A stretch of DNA of 64,000 bases. Source: an uncultured virus (IMG/VR IMGVR_UViG_3300018475_000122). Taxonomy: Duplodnaviria > Heunggongvirae > Uroviricota > Caudoviricetes. The position numbers and the translations under genes were made by a program. The notes beneath the pieces are model-generated. The model did not search any database and was not told where the DNA came from. It was given only the letters and a program-made list of their open reading frames with translations. Positions 17,959 to 27,577 of this stretch are shown piece after piece; the stretch's first letter is position 1; the number at the start of each line of letters is the position of its first letter. The stretch lies in the IMG/VR virus record IMGVR_UViG_3300018475_000122; one strand, written 5' to 3'.

Positions 17959-18324
17959 ATGATAACCGAACTCTCCCGTACCCTGCTCATGACCAAGCAC
18001 GCCGACGAGCGCTCCTTCATCCAGGACTACCCTGCCCTCTCCGTGCTGGGCGCCCTTGGCGCTGGCGGCTACGCAGGCAACAGGCTGGGCCGCTACATCG
18101 CCTCTGCCGATAAGGACAAAGCCTACGCACGCGGCCTCCAGCGCGGTGCGGACCTCAAGGACTGGGCGCGCCAGCTCGGCATCATGGAAGCACGCCCCTC
18201 CAGCCTCAAGGCCTTCCGCACCATTCGTACCGCCGCACCCTTCGTGCTGGGCGCCCTTGGCGGTGCGGCAAGCGCACACGGCCTGCATAAGCTCATAAAG
18301 CTCATCAACAAGGTACGCGCATGA
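17959..18324 (+). CDS. Glycine-zipper putative virion protein
   Basis: MITELSRTLLMTKHA leader; two Gly-rich helices. Confidence 0.7.
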   Translation: MITELSRTLLMTKHADERSFIQDYPALSVLGALGAGGYAGNRLGRYIASADKDKAYARGLQRGADLKDWARQLGIMEARPSSLKAFRTIRTAAPFVLGALGGAASAHGLHKLIKLINKVRA

Positions 18325-18911
18325 TAAGCAAACTCGCCAACGACCTCGTGAACGAGGCCGCGGCCCTCGCCGCTGTGCCGGCTTCCACCGCAGGAACGCT
18401 GGCACTCGGCGCTGTGCCGTACATGGCCGCGCAGAAGGCCGCCGACTACTACCGCAAGAGCCGCGTGAACGACCTGCGCCTGAACACGGCCTACGACCCG
18501 CTGACGCGCATCGCCGCCCTTGGCAGACTGCGGGGTGACAGCAGTGTTATCCCTGAGAGCTGGACTCGCAACGGTACGCGCTCACTCCCTGCGCTCACGG
18601 CTCTGTGGGCCGCCAGCCGCATGACGGACAAGGACGAGGTGCCTTCCGCCATGTCCCAGGGTCTTGCCCTTGCCTCGCTGGGCGCTGGTGCTCTTGCGGC
18701 GTCCGGCGCTCACCGCGACTACGCCAGAGCCATGGCCATGCAGGACATCGCGTGGCGTCCGTCTACCCAGCGCGTCCTTGAAAGGCTTGCCCGTGCCAAC
18801 GCCCTGCGCTACGCCCCTTCTGCCGTGGCCGCAGGGGCCGCGCCCTTCGTACTCTGGAAAGCCTACGCCCCGTGGGCCGTGAGGAAAGACCATGATAACC
18901 AAGCTGGCTAA
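18321..18911 (+). CDS. Ala/Gly-rich putative virion protein
   Basis: MISKLANDLV leader; ATGA overlap. Confidence 0.7.
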   Translation: MISKLANDLVNEAAALAAVPASTAGTLALGAVPYMAAQKAADYYRKSRVNDLRLNTAYDPLTRIAALGRLRGDSSVIPESWTRNGTRSLPALTALWAASRMTDKDEVPSAMSQGLALASLGAGALAASGAHRDYARAMAMQDIAWRPSTQRVLERLARANALRYAPSAVAAGAAPFVLWKAYAPWAVRKDHDNQAG

Positions 18912-19725
18912 AGACCTTGCCCAGAACAATGCCGTCAACGCCGCCCTCGTGGGCGGTTCCGGCCTTGCGCTTGCCAGTACCAGCGACGCGGTGCGCAACG
19001 CCTACCTCCGTGCGGTGAACCCCGCCACGGCAGGCGGGCGCTTCGCTTCGGTACTGGGCGGCCATGTGGCAGGCTCCGCCGGAGACCTGGCACTGAACAC
19101 CCTCATGGCTAATACGATAGCTCCGTACGCCAACACGGAAGGGAAGCTCTCGGAAGATGTCCTGCGCCAGATAGCGGACCGCATGGGCGCACCGAAGGAG
19201 ACAATATTGGAATGCGTGCCCGGATCTATGGGCAACCACTCCACGCTTGCTACGAAATACCCGCGTGTGCAGCATACAGGCACGTCCATGGCCGCGCACG
19301 AATTAGGCCATGTGACCAGCCCCTTTGACAAGGCAGTGGGCAATAAGCCCATGTCGGCCGTTTACAACATAGGCAGGCAGAACCTCCTTGGCATGTCGCC
19401 GCTCACCGCCATGATGGAAGCCAGCCGAGACTATGATGCCCGCCACGGTCTCAAATCTTCCCGCACGTCGAAGGCACTCAAGGCGCTGAGCACCCTCGCT
19501 ACGCTGTCCACGATTCCAGTTCTGGCGGAAGAGGCGCAGGCCTCCATCCGGGGCTACAGCCCTGTGAAGCAGGTGCTCGGCAACGCCGAAGCCCGCCGCT
19601 ACGCTGGTAAGGCAGGCCTTGCCTACCTCACCTACCTTGCTCCCCTCCTCATGGCCATGACGGCCGGAAAACAGCTTGGCCGCAAGGGCGGAAGAGTGGC
19701 CTCACGCCTTATGGGCGAAAAGTAA
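18892..19725 (+). CDS. Putative zinc metallopeptidase, virion-associated
   Basis: AAHELGH (HExxH) plus downstream EEAQAS; MITKLA leader. Confidence 0.7.
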   Translation: MITKLAKDLAQNNAVNAALVGGSGLALASTSDAVRNAYLRAVNPATAGGRFASVLGGHVAGSAGDLALNTLMANTIAPYANTEGKLSEDVLRQIADRMGAPKETILECVPGSMGNHSTLATKYPRVQHTGTSMAAHELGHVTSPFDKAVGNKPMSAVYNIGRQNLLGMSPLTAMMEASRDYDARHGLKSSRTSKALKALSTLATLSTIPVLAEEAQASIRGYSPVKQVLGNAEARRYAGKAGLAYLTYLAPLLMAMTAGKQLGRKGGRVASRLMGEK

Positions 19726-19839
19726 ACTATGTAAGCAAAGCGCAATTGAACACCTGAAATATACAAGGATTCCAAGTGCTTTCTCTTTTAGCTCTGCTTG
19801 CTGCATGGCGCATGGTGTTGTTAAGAACGCGGCACAGGC

Positions 19840-20892
19840 GTAATGTCTGAGCCAGGGAAAGAACAGCTCATACGATTTCGTTACCTACCTTCGGGCTGGT
19901 ATTGCCGTACCAGCCCAGCCGAATTTCCGGAGCGGCCGTACCTCACGGGTAGTAGACTACGCATCTTTGTTCTGTTGGCCGCTCCGGTTCTTACTTGCAC
20001 CACCTTGAGCATCGCTCCTCCCCCCGGTATGGTTTTCTCCTTTTTCCCAGCCGGGGCCGAATTTCATGACGCTCCTTGAGTCCGGGGCTGGCGGTCTGGC
20101 AGTAGCCGTCAGCCCACCCCTGTTTGGCAGGCATGCCGGAAGGCCTGCTCGCCATTCCGAGTCCACAAGGATTTCGAGCACCGACGTGATGCCAGCCACG
20201 CAATGCTGGCGCTATTTTGAGAGGGAACATGGTAGAGATCAAAGACTGTTGCGGGAACTTCAAAACGTACACGCTGGAAGAGACCATAGCTATGGTCTTG
20301 GAAGAAATAGGCAAAAACATGAATGTGATCAATGGCGAGCCTGTGTACGTTACCTTTGATACCGGTTTCAACATCATGGAGACCACGGACGGCAGAAGCG
20401 TGGTCGTTCCCTCGTACGGTGAGTACATACACCGCGTAAGTTTCACCCTTCCCCTCGTGAAGGCGTGAGAAGAGGGCTGGCCGAAAGGCCCTGGTCCACC
20501 CGATGCGGGGATATTCCCCGTTCTTTTGAGAAAACCCACGGACGGGTTTTCTGCCGGCAGTTGCGATTGCCGGTGTTTTGGGTGCGGTGCTTGGCGATGG
20601 TGCACACAGCCACGCGGCGCATCAAGATTACAGCCCGCTGTGTCTGCTCCGTTATCCGGGCAAAAGCGGCACAGCAGGTACCTCGGGGCTAAAAAAGCCC
20701 TTTCAGTTGCAAGCGGGGGTCGCGCCCCCGCCCGAATTTCCATCGCCTCCTCATTGCGCTTGGACAAGGGTGCCCGGCAGTGCCCCTGCTCTGAAAACTG
20801 CCAGTTTGCTTGCCGCGTCCTGGGCCTCGAAAGGGGAACAGGGCGCGGTTCTTTTATGCAAAAGTGGCAGAAAGGTGGCTTTATTGCCACCT
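19840..20892 (+). ncRNA. Candidate large structured non-coding RNA region containing a small ORF
   Basis: At least 10 hairpins, three capped by GNRA loops on the + strand; no family recognised; boundaries approximate. Confidence 0.4.
20229..20468 (+). CDS. Hypothetical protein inside the structured region
   Basis: 79 aa from ATG 20229 (MVEIKD), GAGGG RBS. Confidence 0.6.
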   Translation: MVEIKDCCGNFKTYTLEETIAMVLEEIGKNMNVINGEPVYVTFDTGFNIMETTDGRSVVVPSYGEYIHRVSFTLPLVKA

Positions 20893-20937
20893 AAAAAAGA
20901 AGGGCAAGGCATCATGCCAAGCCCTTCTTCTGCGCTC

Positions 20938-21414
20938 TTAGCCGAGCTCATCAAACGTGTAGAAATCTTCCGCCTCTTCGCGGTCCTTGACCTTGTAGAT
21001 GCCTATCTCCATGAGGGCGGCAAAGCGGCAGAGCATTTCGTAGTACCCCTTCTGCGTGGCTTCGAACAGTTCGAAGGCCACAAGCTCCTGATAGTCGTAT
21101 TCGTCGTCATCGAGGAGTACGTAATCATCGCAGTCTCTGGCGTATTCAAGCACGTACACGTTGCGTTTGACGGAGCCAAGGCGCGCTACCATGCGGGTCG
21201 CTTCGCTGAGGATGCGGAAGGCCCCGCAGTGGCGGTAATCCCGTTCGTATTCGTCCATATTGCTGAGGATAGCGAGAAGCGAACGCTTTTCCCCGCACTG
21301 GATGCCATGCCTGTCTTCTCTTTGGAGGAACGCTTTCAGTTCATCCAGGCCTTCGAGGATGGCGATCTTTTCACTTCCGCGGATAGCAACAAAAAAGCTG
21401 GTGGTGCCGGCCAT
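20938..21414 (-). CDS. Hypothetical early protein
   Basis: 158 aa, AAGGAG RBS, terminator-like hairpin at about 20893-20929. Confidence 0.75.
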   Translation of the reverse strand: MAGTTSFFVAIRGSEKIAILEGLDELKAFLQREDRHGIQCGEKRSLLAILSNMDEYERDYRHCGAFRILSEATRMVARLGSVKRNVYVLEYARDCDDYVLLDDDEYDYQELVAFELFEATQKGYYEMLCRFAALMEIGIYKVKDREEAEDFYTFDELG

Positions 21415-21470
21415 AACAGTCTCCTTTTGTGGTAAAGCATGGGCGGAGCATCCGGCCCCGCCCTTTCTGG

Positions 21471-21848
21471 TTAGAGGTATTCTCGTTCAAGGTCCATACC
21501 AAGATACTCCGCCGCATCGGCAAGAGCATCGTACAGGCCGTCTTCGGTGCAGTCGTAGAGTTCGTACACTTCCAGCGTGTCCTTCATCTTGCGCAGGACG
21601 TATACGTCGGAGGATACGCTGTCCAGCTTACCTGCGTAATAGACGATCAGACCGAGGGCTCTGGCAATAGCAGGCATAGCCACACCCCTCTCTGCGTAGT
21701 TAGAGATGCGGTTGAGTTCCTGGATCACCATATTCTTGAACACGCCAAGATGCGCGTCACGCCTGACGAGTTCCTTACGAACATCGTCGGCGCTGTCGAA
21801 CCTCGTTCTGTTCACGCCGTCGATAAGGTAGTACCGGTACTCACCCAT
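21471..21848 (-). CDS. Hypothetical early protein (paralogue family)
   Basis: Start MGEYRY; Y-x-I-DG...F-x-S-x-D-D-V N-terminal motif. Confidence 0.7.
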   Translation of the reverse strand: MGEYRYYLIDGVNRTRFDSADDVRKELVRRDAHLGVFKNMVIQELNRISNYAERGVAMPAIARALGLIVYYAGKLDSVSSDVYVLRKMKDTLEVYELYDCTEDGLYDALADAAEYLGMDLEREYL

Positions 21849-22374
21849 GCGCTTCCTCCCCGCGCTTGAAGTACTCGTCCAGCGCGTGCTCAACAAGGAT
21901 GGCAGGATCGACGCCAAGCGTTTCTGCCTCGCAGTACAGGACGCTGTAGGTGTCGGCGCAGATGTTCATGCAGAGCTTGGCCTTGTTCCTGCGCGGCACG
22001 ATGCGGAGTTCCGCACGCCCCGCGATGGCATACTCGATAGCCTTGCGGAGTGAATCGGCGTCCTTCATATCGTAGGTGCTGTCGATGCTGACAGGCCTGC
22101 TGCTCACCCACACGGGCGCGTACAGGTCGCCACGGTGCTCCGCCACCAGCGTACACGCGTAGATGGCCTTGAGGTGCTTGTCGCGGGTATCAGCGTCAGC
22201 ACCCATGGGGAGGCTGTTCGTCAGCCTGCGCAGTTCCTTGGCAACAGTGCTCTTGCTTACAGTACCAAGATCGTGCGAGGAGTTCACCTTGAGGCGCACC
22301 TGTTCAAGGGTTTCAAAAACGTGCACGTGATTCTTGTCGTTGGTGATGAGGTGGTATTCAAGATGCATGGACAT
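21841..22374 (-). CDS. Early protein with a C-terminal ribbon-helix-helix-like segment
   Basis: Ends LCMNICADTYSVL...LGVDPAILVEHALDEY. Confidence 0.6.
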   Translation of the reverse strand: MSMHLEYHLITNDKNHVHVFETLEQVRLKVNSSHDLGTVSKSTVAKELRRLTNSLPMGADADTRDKHLKAIYACTLVAEHRGDLYAPVWVSSRPVSIDSTYDMKDADSLRKAIEYAIAGRAELRIVPRRNKAKLCMNICADTYSVLYCEAETLGVDPAILVEHALDEYFKRGEEAHG

Positions 22375-22921
22375 AGTTCTCTCCTGAATGGAACTGGCAG
22401 TACTTCCTCAAGGCCATATTGATGACTTCCTCCCTTGTCAGCCCATTCTGGAAGCCAAGGATATCAAGGGCATCAATAGTGCTTCGATGGATGTTCACGG
22501 TCACGGTCACGATGTTCTTCTTCTCCGCCATACACAGGCCGTACCTGTGGCTTCCCGCATCTTTGCGGGCCAGAACGAACTGGAGCGCACGGAGCAGCGC
22601 GTTCTCCTCGGAACAGAGCCAGACGCAGTAATCGCTGGTAGGGTACTCCTCAACGGCGTAGCATCCTGCATCGAAGCCGTTTTTCGCGTTCTGGACGTGT
22701 CCCATGAGCAGAGCGACGTTGCGGCTCATGAACGTGTTGTCTGAGTTCGTACTGATATAATTGGCAAGGCGCCGGAATTCCCGTGCAAGCGTAGTCTGGT
22801 ACACGTGGGAGATGCCGTGACGCTTCCGCATTTTCTTGAAGAAGTCGTAGACGTCTTCAATGTTTTGGAACGTGCGCACCTCGCCGTCCAGCATGATGTG
22901 ATACTCGTACCCATCAGCCAT
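22358..22921 (-). CDS. Early protein with a C-terminal ribbon-helix-helix-like segment
   Basis: Ends VTVNIHRSTIDALD...GLTREEVINMALRKY. Confidence 0.65.
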   Translation of the reverse strand: MADGYEYHIMLDGEVRTFQNIEDVYDFFKKMRKRHGISHVYQTTLAREFRRLANYISTNSDNTFMSRNVALLMGHVQNAKNGFDAGCYAVEEYPTSDYCVWLCSEENALLRALQFVLARKDAGSHRYGLCMAEKKNIVTVTVNIHRSTIDALDILGFQNGLTREEVINMALRKYCQFHSGENYVHAS

Positions 22922-23093
22922 TGTTCTTCTCCTTCTTGCTCACGAAGTTATAGTAGTTCTCAGCGTACCGCATGTAGTCCTCAGCCTTGGAATAGTTGTC
23001 GTCGTCCATGTACGAGGCCAGAAGGTAGTCCAGGTCGGCGCATCGACCAGCAAGGTACTCAGCCATGACCTTGTACTTTTCCGTGTCATTCAT
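22914..23093 (-). CDS. Hypothetical protein
   Basis: Likely start MNDTEKY with GGAGG RBS; overlaps neighbours. Confidence 0.6.
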   Translation of the reverse strand: MNDTEKYKVMAEYLAGRCADLDYLLASYMDDDNYSKAEDYMRYAENYYNFVSKKEKNNG

Positions 23094-23715
23094 AGCGTTC
23101 CTCCACTTCGACTTTCCAGCCGTAGACATTGGCCATGTATTTCAAGGCCCCAAGATAGGACTCACCCCACGTATCTATGTCGCAGTAGTGGTGTTCACCT
23201 CCTTTGTCGGCATACTGTTCCCAGAACTCAAACACCGTGTCTTCACTTGCTCTGGCGTAGAGACTGAGGTTGTCAAGAGACCTGTAGAAGTCAGTGTCTG
23301 CAAGTCCGGCAAGCTCCATGTCATACATAATGCGTTCAATGGACGTGCTCGCACAGACATTCATATCCGTCAGAACATGCTCATCAACAGCGCCGGACTG
23401 CACAGCATCGTACGCTCTTGAGAACTCTTTCCGCACACCATCGCTACGCGTCACTACGTAGACGATCTTCTTCTCAGGCTTCCTCAGCTTTTCGAGGTTG
23501 AAGTAGAAGATGTGCGGATCATCGTTCCTGAGCACAGCCACGAGCTCATTATCAGGAATGCTGAACAGCTCAAGGTGTTCTGGTACCCTGCATGAGTACT
23601 TCACACGGTACGGAACGCCGTAGCCAAGTTTACTGTCCGCAGTTTGAAACGACAGGGCACATGGTTCGTTATCGCGGAGCAGATCCGCAAAGATTTTGTT
23701 TTCGCTAAGTTCCAC
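23086..23715 (-). CDS. Hypothetical protein, paralogue of 23727..24356
   Basis: 209 aa; shares GYG..Y, EKLRKP.KKI..VTR.DGV..F...A..SGAV and YRSL.NLS. Confidence 0.8.
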   Translation of the reverse strand: MELSENKIFADLLRDNEPCALSFQTADSKLGYGVPYRVKYSCRVPEHLELFSIPDNELVAVLRNDDPHIFYFNLEKLRKPEKKIVYVVTRSDGVRKEFSRAYDAVQSGAVDEHVLTDMNVCASTSIERIMYDMELAGLADTDFYRSLDNLSLYARASEDTVFEFWEQYADKGGEHHYCDIDTWGESYLGALKYMANVYGWKVEVEERYE

Positions 23716-23726
23716 AATGAACCTCC

Positions 23727-24356
23727 TTAGTCGTCAGAACAGACTTCTTTCTCAGTCACAGTCCAACCGAAAAGCTGAGCCGCTTCAATAAGCAGATGGC
23801 GGTAGGTTTCCTTAGATGGGTTGTGATACATAGTCAGGTAGTACTTGACTGATGCGCTACCCATTTCTCTGCTGAATTCAGCCAGATCGAAATCAGGCTC
23901 TTCAAGAGCAACGTGTTCAGACAGGTTTTTCAGCGATCTGTACCAGCTGCAGTTATGGAAACCGTCGTTTGCCATTTCATCGAGAATGCTTTCCACAGCT
24001 TCCTGAGCACTGATACCGAAGCTTATATGCAAGCTGCTTTCCACGGCACCGCTTGTAAGGGCGGCACGGTATGAGTCGAAGAACCTGCTGACGCCGTCTT
24101 TACGAGTCACCTGTATGATCTTCTTGCTATGCGGCTTGCGCAGTTTCTCTACATGGTAGAACTTGAAGTTAGAGTCATGCTTATGCACCACCCCGCACAG
24201 GTCTCCGATTTCCGGGCGGTTCAGTACGAAGTGGTCCGGCTGTGTGGGAGACCACGAGATAGCGTACACAGTTCCGTAGCCGGGCCCTTCCACGATGCAC
24301 ATCGCAAAGGGCTCTTCCTTAGCCATGAACTCGATGAGCGTATTATTGTTCTGCAT
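23727..24356 (-). CDS. Hypothetical protein, paralogue of 23086..23715
   Basis: 209 aa; same shared motifs. Confidence 0.8.
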   Translation of the reverse strand: MQNNNTLIEFMAKEEPFAMCIVEGPGYGTVYAISWSPTQPDHFVLNRPEIGDLCGVVHKHDSNFKFYHVEKLRKPHSKKIIQVTRKDGVSRFFDSYRAALTSGAVESSLHISFGISAQEAVESILDEMANDGFHNCSWYRSLKNLSEHVALEEPDFDLAEFSREMGSASVKYYLTMYHNPSKETYRHLLIEAAQLFGWTVTEKEVCSDD

Positions 24357-24392
24357 AGTACTTTCCTCAGCAGAGGTTTCAGGGTTTTCACG

Positions 24393-24617
24393 TCAGTACT
24401 CTGTGTATTCACTGAGGAACAGCAGGGAGAGTATCACCATAAACATCATAGAGATAAGGGAGAGGATAACGCTGGTCATCATGTCAAAGTGCGAAAGGCT
24501 GGCAGTAAGTATGAGGCTGAGCACGACCGCGATGAGAAAGAGCACAGCGGCCATGCCCAGTGTGATAAACAGGGCCTTGGCCATGTTCCGCAGAATCCGC
24601 AGGGCAAACTTTTTCAT
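24393..24617 (-). CDS. Small two-TM membrane protein
   Basis: 74 aa with two long hydrophobic stretches. Confidence 0.65.
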   Translation of the reverse strand: MKKFALRILRNMAKALFITLGMAAVLFLIAVVLSLILTASLSHFDMMTSVILSLISMMFMVILSLLFLSEYTEY

Positions 24618-24784
24618 GAGCGGTTCTCCAGTTTCTCTATGCGCCTTTCAAGTTCTGCAACATGGTTTTCCAGCAGAATGCCAGCATAAACTAACTTGAA
24701 AACAGTACCCGATATCCCGGCAAACTTGTCCTTCCAGTTCTTAAAAAGAGTATAGAAAGGCTTGCTTCGATTATTCTCATCCAT
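24614..24784 (-). CDS. Small hypothetical protein (not in ORF track)
   Basis: Hand translation MDENNRSK...LENRS, 56 aa, AAGGAG RBS, ATGA overlap with the next gene. Confidence 0.6.
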   Translation of the reverse strand: MDENNRSKPFYTLFKNWKDKFAGISGTVFKLVYAGILLENHVAELERRIEKLENRS

Positions 24785-24803
24785 ACTGACTCCTTATAAC
24801 AGC

Positions 24804-25004
24804 TCAGTCGCCGCAATAGCCGTGGATAGGCTCAGGCTTGGCCTGAAGAACAAGAGCTCCGTGCTTGTCCACATCCACAAAGGCCACGCGCACAGGCGTA
24901 CCGTCGGGCAGGACAAGCAGGAGCTCGGCATCGATGTTGATCCGTGCCTCGTGTTCCATGAAGAACTTCCCCAGAACACGAGGCGTGATGTATACTGGTT
25001 TCAT
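24804..25004 (-). CDS. Hypothetical protein
   Basis: 66 aa within an operon. Confidence 0.6.
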   Translation of the reverse strand: MKPVYITPRVLGKFFMEHEARINIDAELLLVLPDGTPVRVAFVDVDKHGALVLQAKPEPIHGYCGD

Positions 25005-25010
25005 CGCGGG

Positions 25011-25439
25011 CTACCTGATGTAATAGTCGTACACGGTCCACGCTTGCCGCTTGCCGAGGTAAAGCAGGTCACTAAGCATGATGAAACTGAGGGTACTGGC
25101 GGACCGCTTGAACACATTGGCGTTCGTAGTGACATTGGTAATGGTCACGACACATCGTGCGTACACACCATTGTCGTAAACCTTGGCTACAACGTGCATG
25201 ACGTGTCCATGAGTCTGTGCGTACATCTTCCCAAAAGAGTCCAGAAGGTCACACAGCGGTTTAGAAGGGCGATAGAGCCCACTCTTATGCGCAGGCAAGG
25301 CCCTGAACTCGTCGAGAATCACGTCCGCTATGTTGTCTGCCTCTGAGGAAGCGGCAGTGGGCACTGCCTTTCTTGTGGCTATCCACACGCCGGAAAGCAT
25401 ACCAAGAAGAAAGATAGCAACAGCCGCCACAACGCTCAT
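25011..25439 (-). CDS. Membrane-anchored hypothetical protein
   Basis: N-terminal TM segment; ATGA overlap. Confidence 0.7.
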   Translation of the reverse strand: MSVVAAVAIFLLGMLSGVWIATRKAVPTAASSEADNIADVILDEFRALPAHKSGLYRPSKPLCDLLDSFGKMYAQTHGHVMHVVAKVYDNGVYARCVVTITNVTTNANVFKRSASTLSFIMLSDLLYLGKRQAWTVYDYYIR

Positions 25440-26182
25440 TTCTCCCCCTTCAGCTTCCTGATGGCGGCATCAACGGCATTCTGCGCTACCTGCTGGGTAT
25501 TGAGGCTGCGGGACCTGAGGAAGTTGTCGTCACTCTTTGGTATGCTGATCTCAACCTTGGACACAGGCTTGCGGCGAACATTGCGCCGAACAGAGCACCC
25601 TGCACGGCTGGCCACTTCTTCAAGCTGTATCATCTTCTCATGCATCCCATCTTCATACAGGACTCGGCAGGTATCCTCCTGATCGGGATTGCTGCCGTCA
25701 GCAAGAGATACGTACACGTTACGCTCAGGCCCGTGTTCATGCACTACGCTGGTGAGCGCACGTACGCCTCGCATGGCGCCAAAGTTCGTATGGTCCTTGA
25801 TGAACAGGACCATCTGGCGGCTGAGTTCCTCGCCAGCCGTGCTCATGTAGAGTTTGACCCCGCAGGACTCAGCGATCGCCTTTTCGAGCTGCTCGAAGCT
25901 GGTGAACGTGTACGTACACTTGGGCTTGCTCTTCTCGAATATGAAGACTTCTTCCCAGTTAGGGTCGAGCTCAAGGGATGCGTCCACGCCTTTGATACTC
26001 CGCGCTGTTTCCACAGCCTTGCGCGCTATGTTGAACATATCCTTGAAGTAATTGTGCGAAACGTGCGCATTACAGGCCATGTCGTAACCAAGCACATGGT
26101 GCAGAAAGTCCATGAAGTGGTACATGACTTTTCCACCGTCCTTGTCCGTCACCACGAACAGGTAGGGGTCTAACGAACTCAT
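25436..26182 (-). CDS. Early protein with a C-terminal RHH-like segment
   Basis: 248 aa; ends VEISIPKSDDNFLR...QQVAQNAVDAAI. Confidence 0.7.
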   Translation of the reverse strand: MSSLDPYLFVVTDKDGGKVMYHFMDFLHHVLGYDMACNAHVSHNYFKDMFNIARKAVETARSIKGVDASLELDPNWEEVFIFEKSKPKCTYTFTSFEQLEKAIAESCGVKLYMSTAGEELSRQMVLFIKDHTNFGAMRGVRALTSVVHEHGPERNVYVSLADGSNPDQEDTCRVLYEDGMHEKMIQLEEVASRAGCSVRRNVRRKPVSKVEISIPKSDDNFLRSRSLNTQQVAQNAVDAAIRKLKGEK

Positions 26183-26976
26183 TCCTTCACTCCGTCTTCA
26201 ATACTTCTTTCAAGAAGTCTTTCAAGAATACTTTCAAGATGCTCATCGTCCACATCGTTCCCCGTTACCTGCTGATAGCGGTGGATAAGGTCGATGGGCA
26301 GGGTAACTTCGAACTCATTGCGCTTGACGCGAACCTGCTTGGTGAGCCGGTACTTCGTTTTCTCGGCAAGGATATGCCTGAGAGCGCGGTAGTACCCGTA
26401 GTAGCCGTCATCCTCAGGGTCCAGAATGAAGTAGTACCTTTTCCCATCGTAATCGGCGTACAGGAGCTTTACAGACCAGGTGTCTGCCATCGTGACGAGC
26501 TTTTCAATGACCTTGCATACCTTCATAAGTCCCTGGAAGGAAAAGTCTTCCGCATTGCTCATGGCCGACTGCATCAGGCGATGGGCGTAATTCCAGGAAA
26601 GTTCAAGGTTTTCTACCAGGTCTCTCACATTGCTGACAAAGTCCCTCGGGTCGGAGGCAACTTCCTTACTCACAGGCACGAGCCCGCCGGACTTCAGGCC
26701 AAGGAATCTCGCAGGCTCTTCCTTGTACTCCGTCAGCGTGAACACCTCCTCGTAGCCCTCGGCCACGGTGCGCACCATGCGTATGCCCAGCTTCGCCAGC
26801 TCTTCACGCGTAAAGTTGTACCAGTCGTCGCCGTCGGCAGGGTCTCCGGCAAAGGAGGCAAGCACGCTGTTCGTTTCGTCGTGCTCGCGCAGAAGATCCT
26901 TCACCTCGTCTATGCTGGCCAGAAATTCCCGCTCCCCATCTTTGTGCGTTACGCGGTACACATAGCATTCTTCCAT
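26179..26976 (-). CDS. Hypothetical early protein (paralogue family)
   Basis: Likely start MEECYVYRVTHKDG with GGAGG RBS. Confidence 0.7.
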   Translation of the reverse strand: MEECYVYRVTHKDGEREFLASIDEVKDLLREHDETNSVLASFAGDPADGDDWYNFTREELAKLGIRMVRTVAEGYEEVFTLTEYKEEPARFLGLKSGGLVPVSKEVASDPRDFVSNVRDLVENLELSWNYAHRLMQSAMSNAEDFSFQGLMKVCKVIEKLVTMADTWSVKLLYADYDGKRYYFILDPEDDGYYGYYRALRHILAEKTKYRLTKQVRVKRNEFEVTLPIDLIHRYQQVTGNDVDDEHLESILERLLERSIEDGVKE

Positions 26977-26977
26977 T

Positions 26978-27301
26978 TCAGTCCTCCACAAAGCCAAGAA
27001 TCTCTCTCAGCCAGTCTTTTTCAATGTTGGCGCAGGCCTGCTCAAACAGGTTCTTCGCCTCTTCGTAGCTGGGCACGTCCACCTTCATGGCGGTATCGTC
27101 CATGCCCTGCACCGTAACGCGCCACTGCGAGCCGTCAGGCCAGCTGCTAAGGCTCACCAGCACATACCCTGCCGGGTACTCGTGGCTTGCCTCGAACGGC
27201 GTCCACGAGGGGTACCAGTCCTCCTTCGTGAACACCCAGCGTCTTTCGCATCTGGGGTCCGCAGGTCGTATCTTCCGTCTGTCGTGTTTGTTGCGGCTCA
27301 C
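26978..27301 (-). CDS. Hypothetical protein
   Basis: GTG start with GGAGG RBS; TGTTATAAG at 27409-27417. Confidence 0.7.
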   Translation of the reverse strand: MSRNKHDRRKIRPADPRCERRWVFTKEDWYPSWTPFEASHEYPAGYVLVSLSSWPDGSQWRVTVQGMDDTAMKVDVPSYEEAKNLFEQACANIEKDWLREILGFVED

Positions 27302-27473
27302 GGCTCACCTCCGTTCTGGTCAAGATTGCGGCCATTCGCGCTGAACTTCAGGCCTTTTAAAAAGAAAATGCCCGGACGTATCCGGGCACGCATCCACAGC
27401 GTCACAGCCTTATAACAAGGCCGTGGGCGTGGATGAAAAAGGCCTCCGTGCTTCCACGAAGGCCTCCAAGTTG

Positions 27474-27575
27474 TCAGATGTTCTTCCGCTTTTTGCTGTC
27501 GCGGTCAGTTTTGATGAGAAGACAGATGGCTACCACGGCAACCAGCATAACTCCTACCAGCCCCACAGTGTTCAT
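27474..27575 (-). CDS. 33-aa membrane peptide (not in ORF track)
   Basis: MNTVGLVGVMLVAVVAICLLIKTDRDSKKRKNI; AAGGAG RBS. Confidence 0.6.
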   Translation of the reverse strand: MNTVGLVGVMLVAVVAICLLIKTDRDSKKRKNI

Positions 27576-27577
27576 GG

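Noticed and set aside
19840..20892. tRNA, tmRNA or group I/II intron
   Set aside because: No cloverleaf with T-loop and CCA, no tmRNA ends and no intron core found by eye; a covariance search is still needed.
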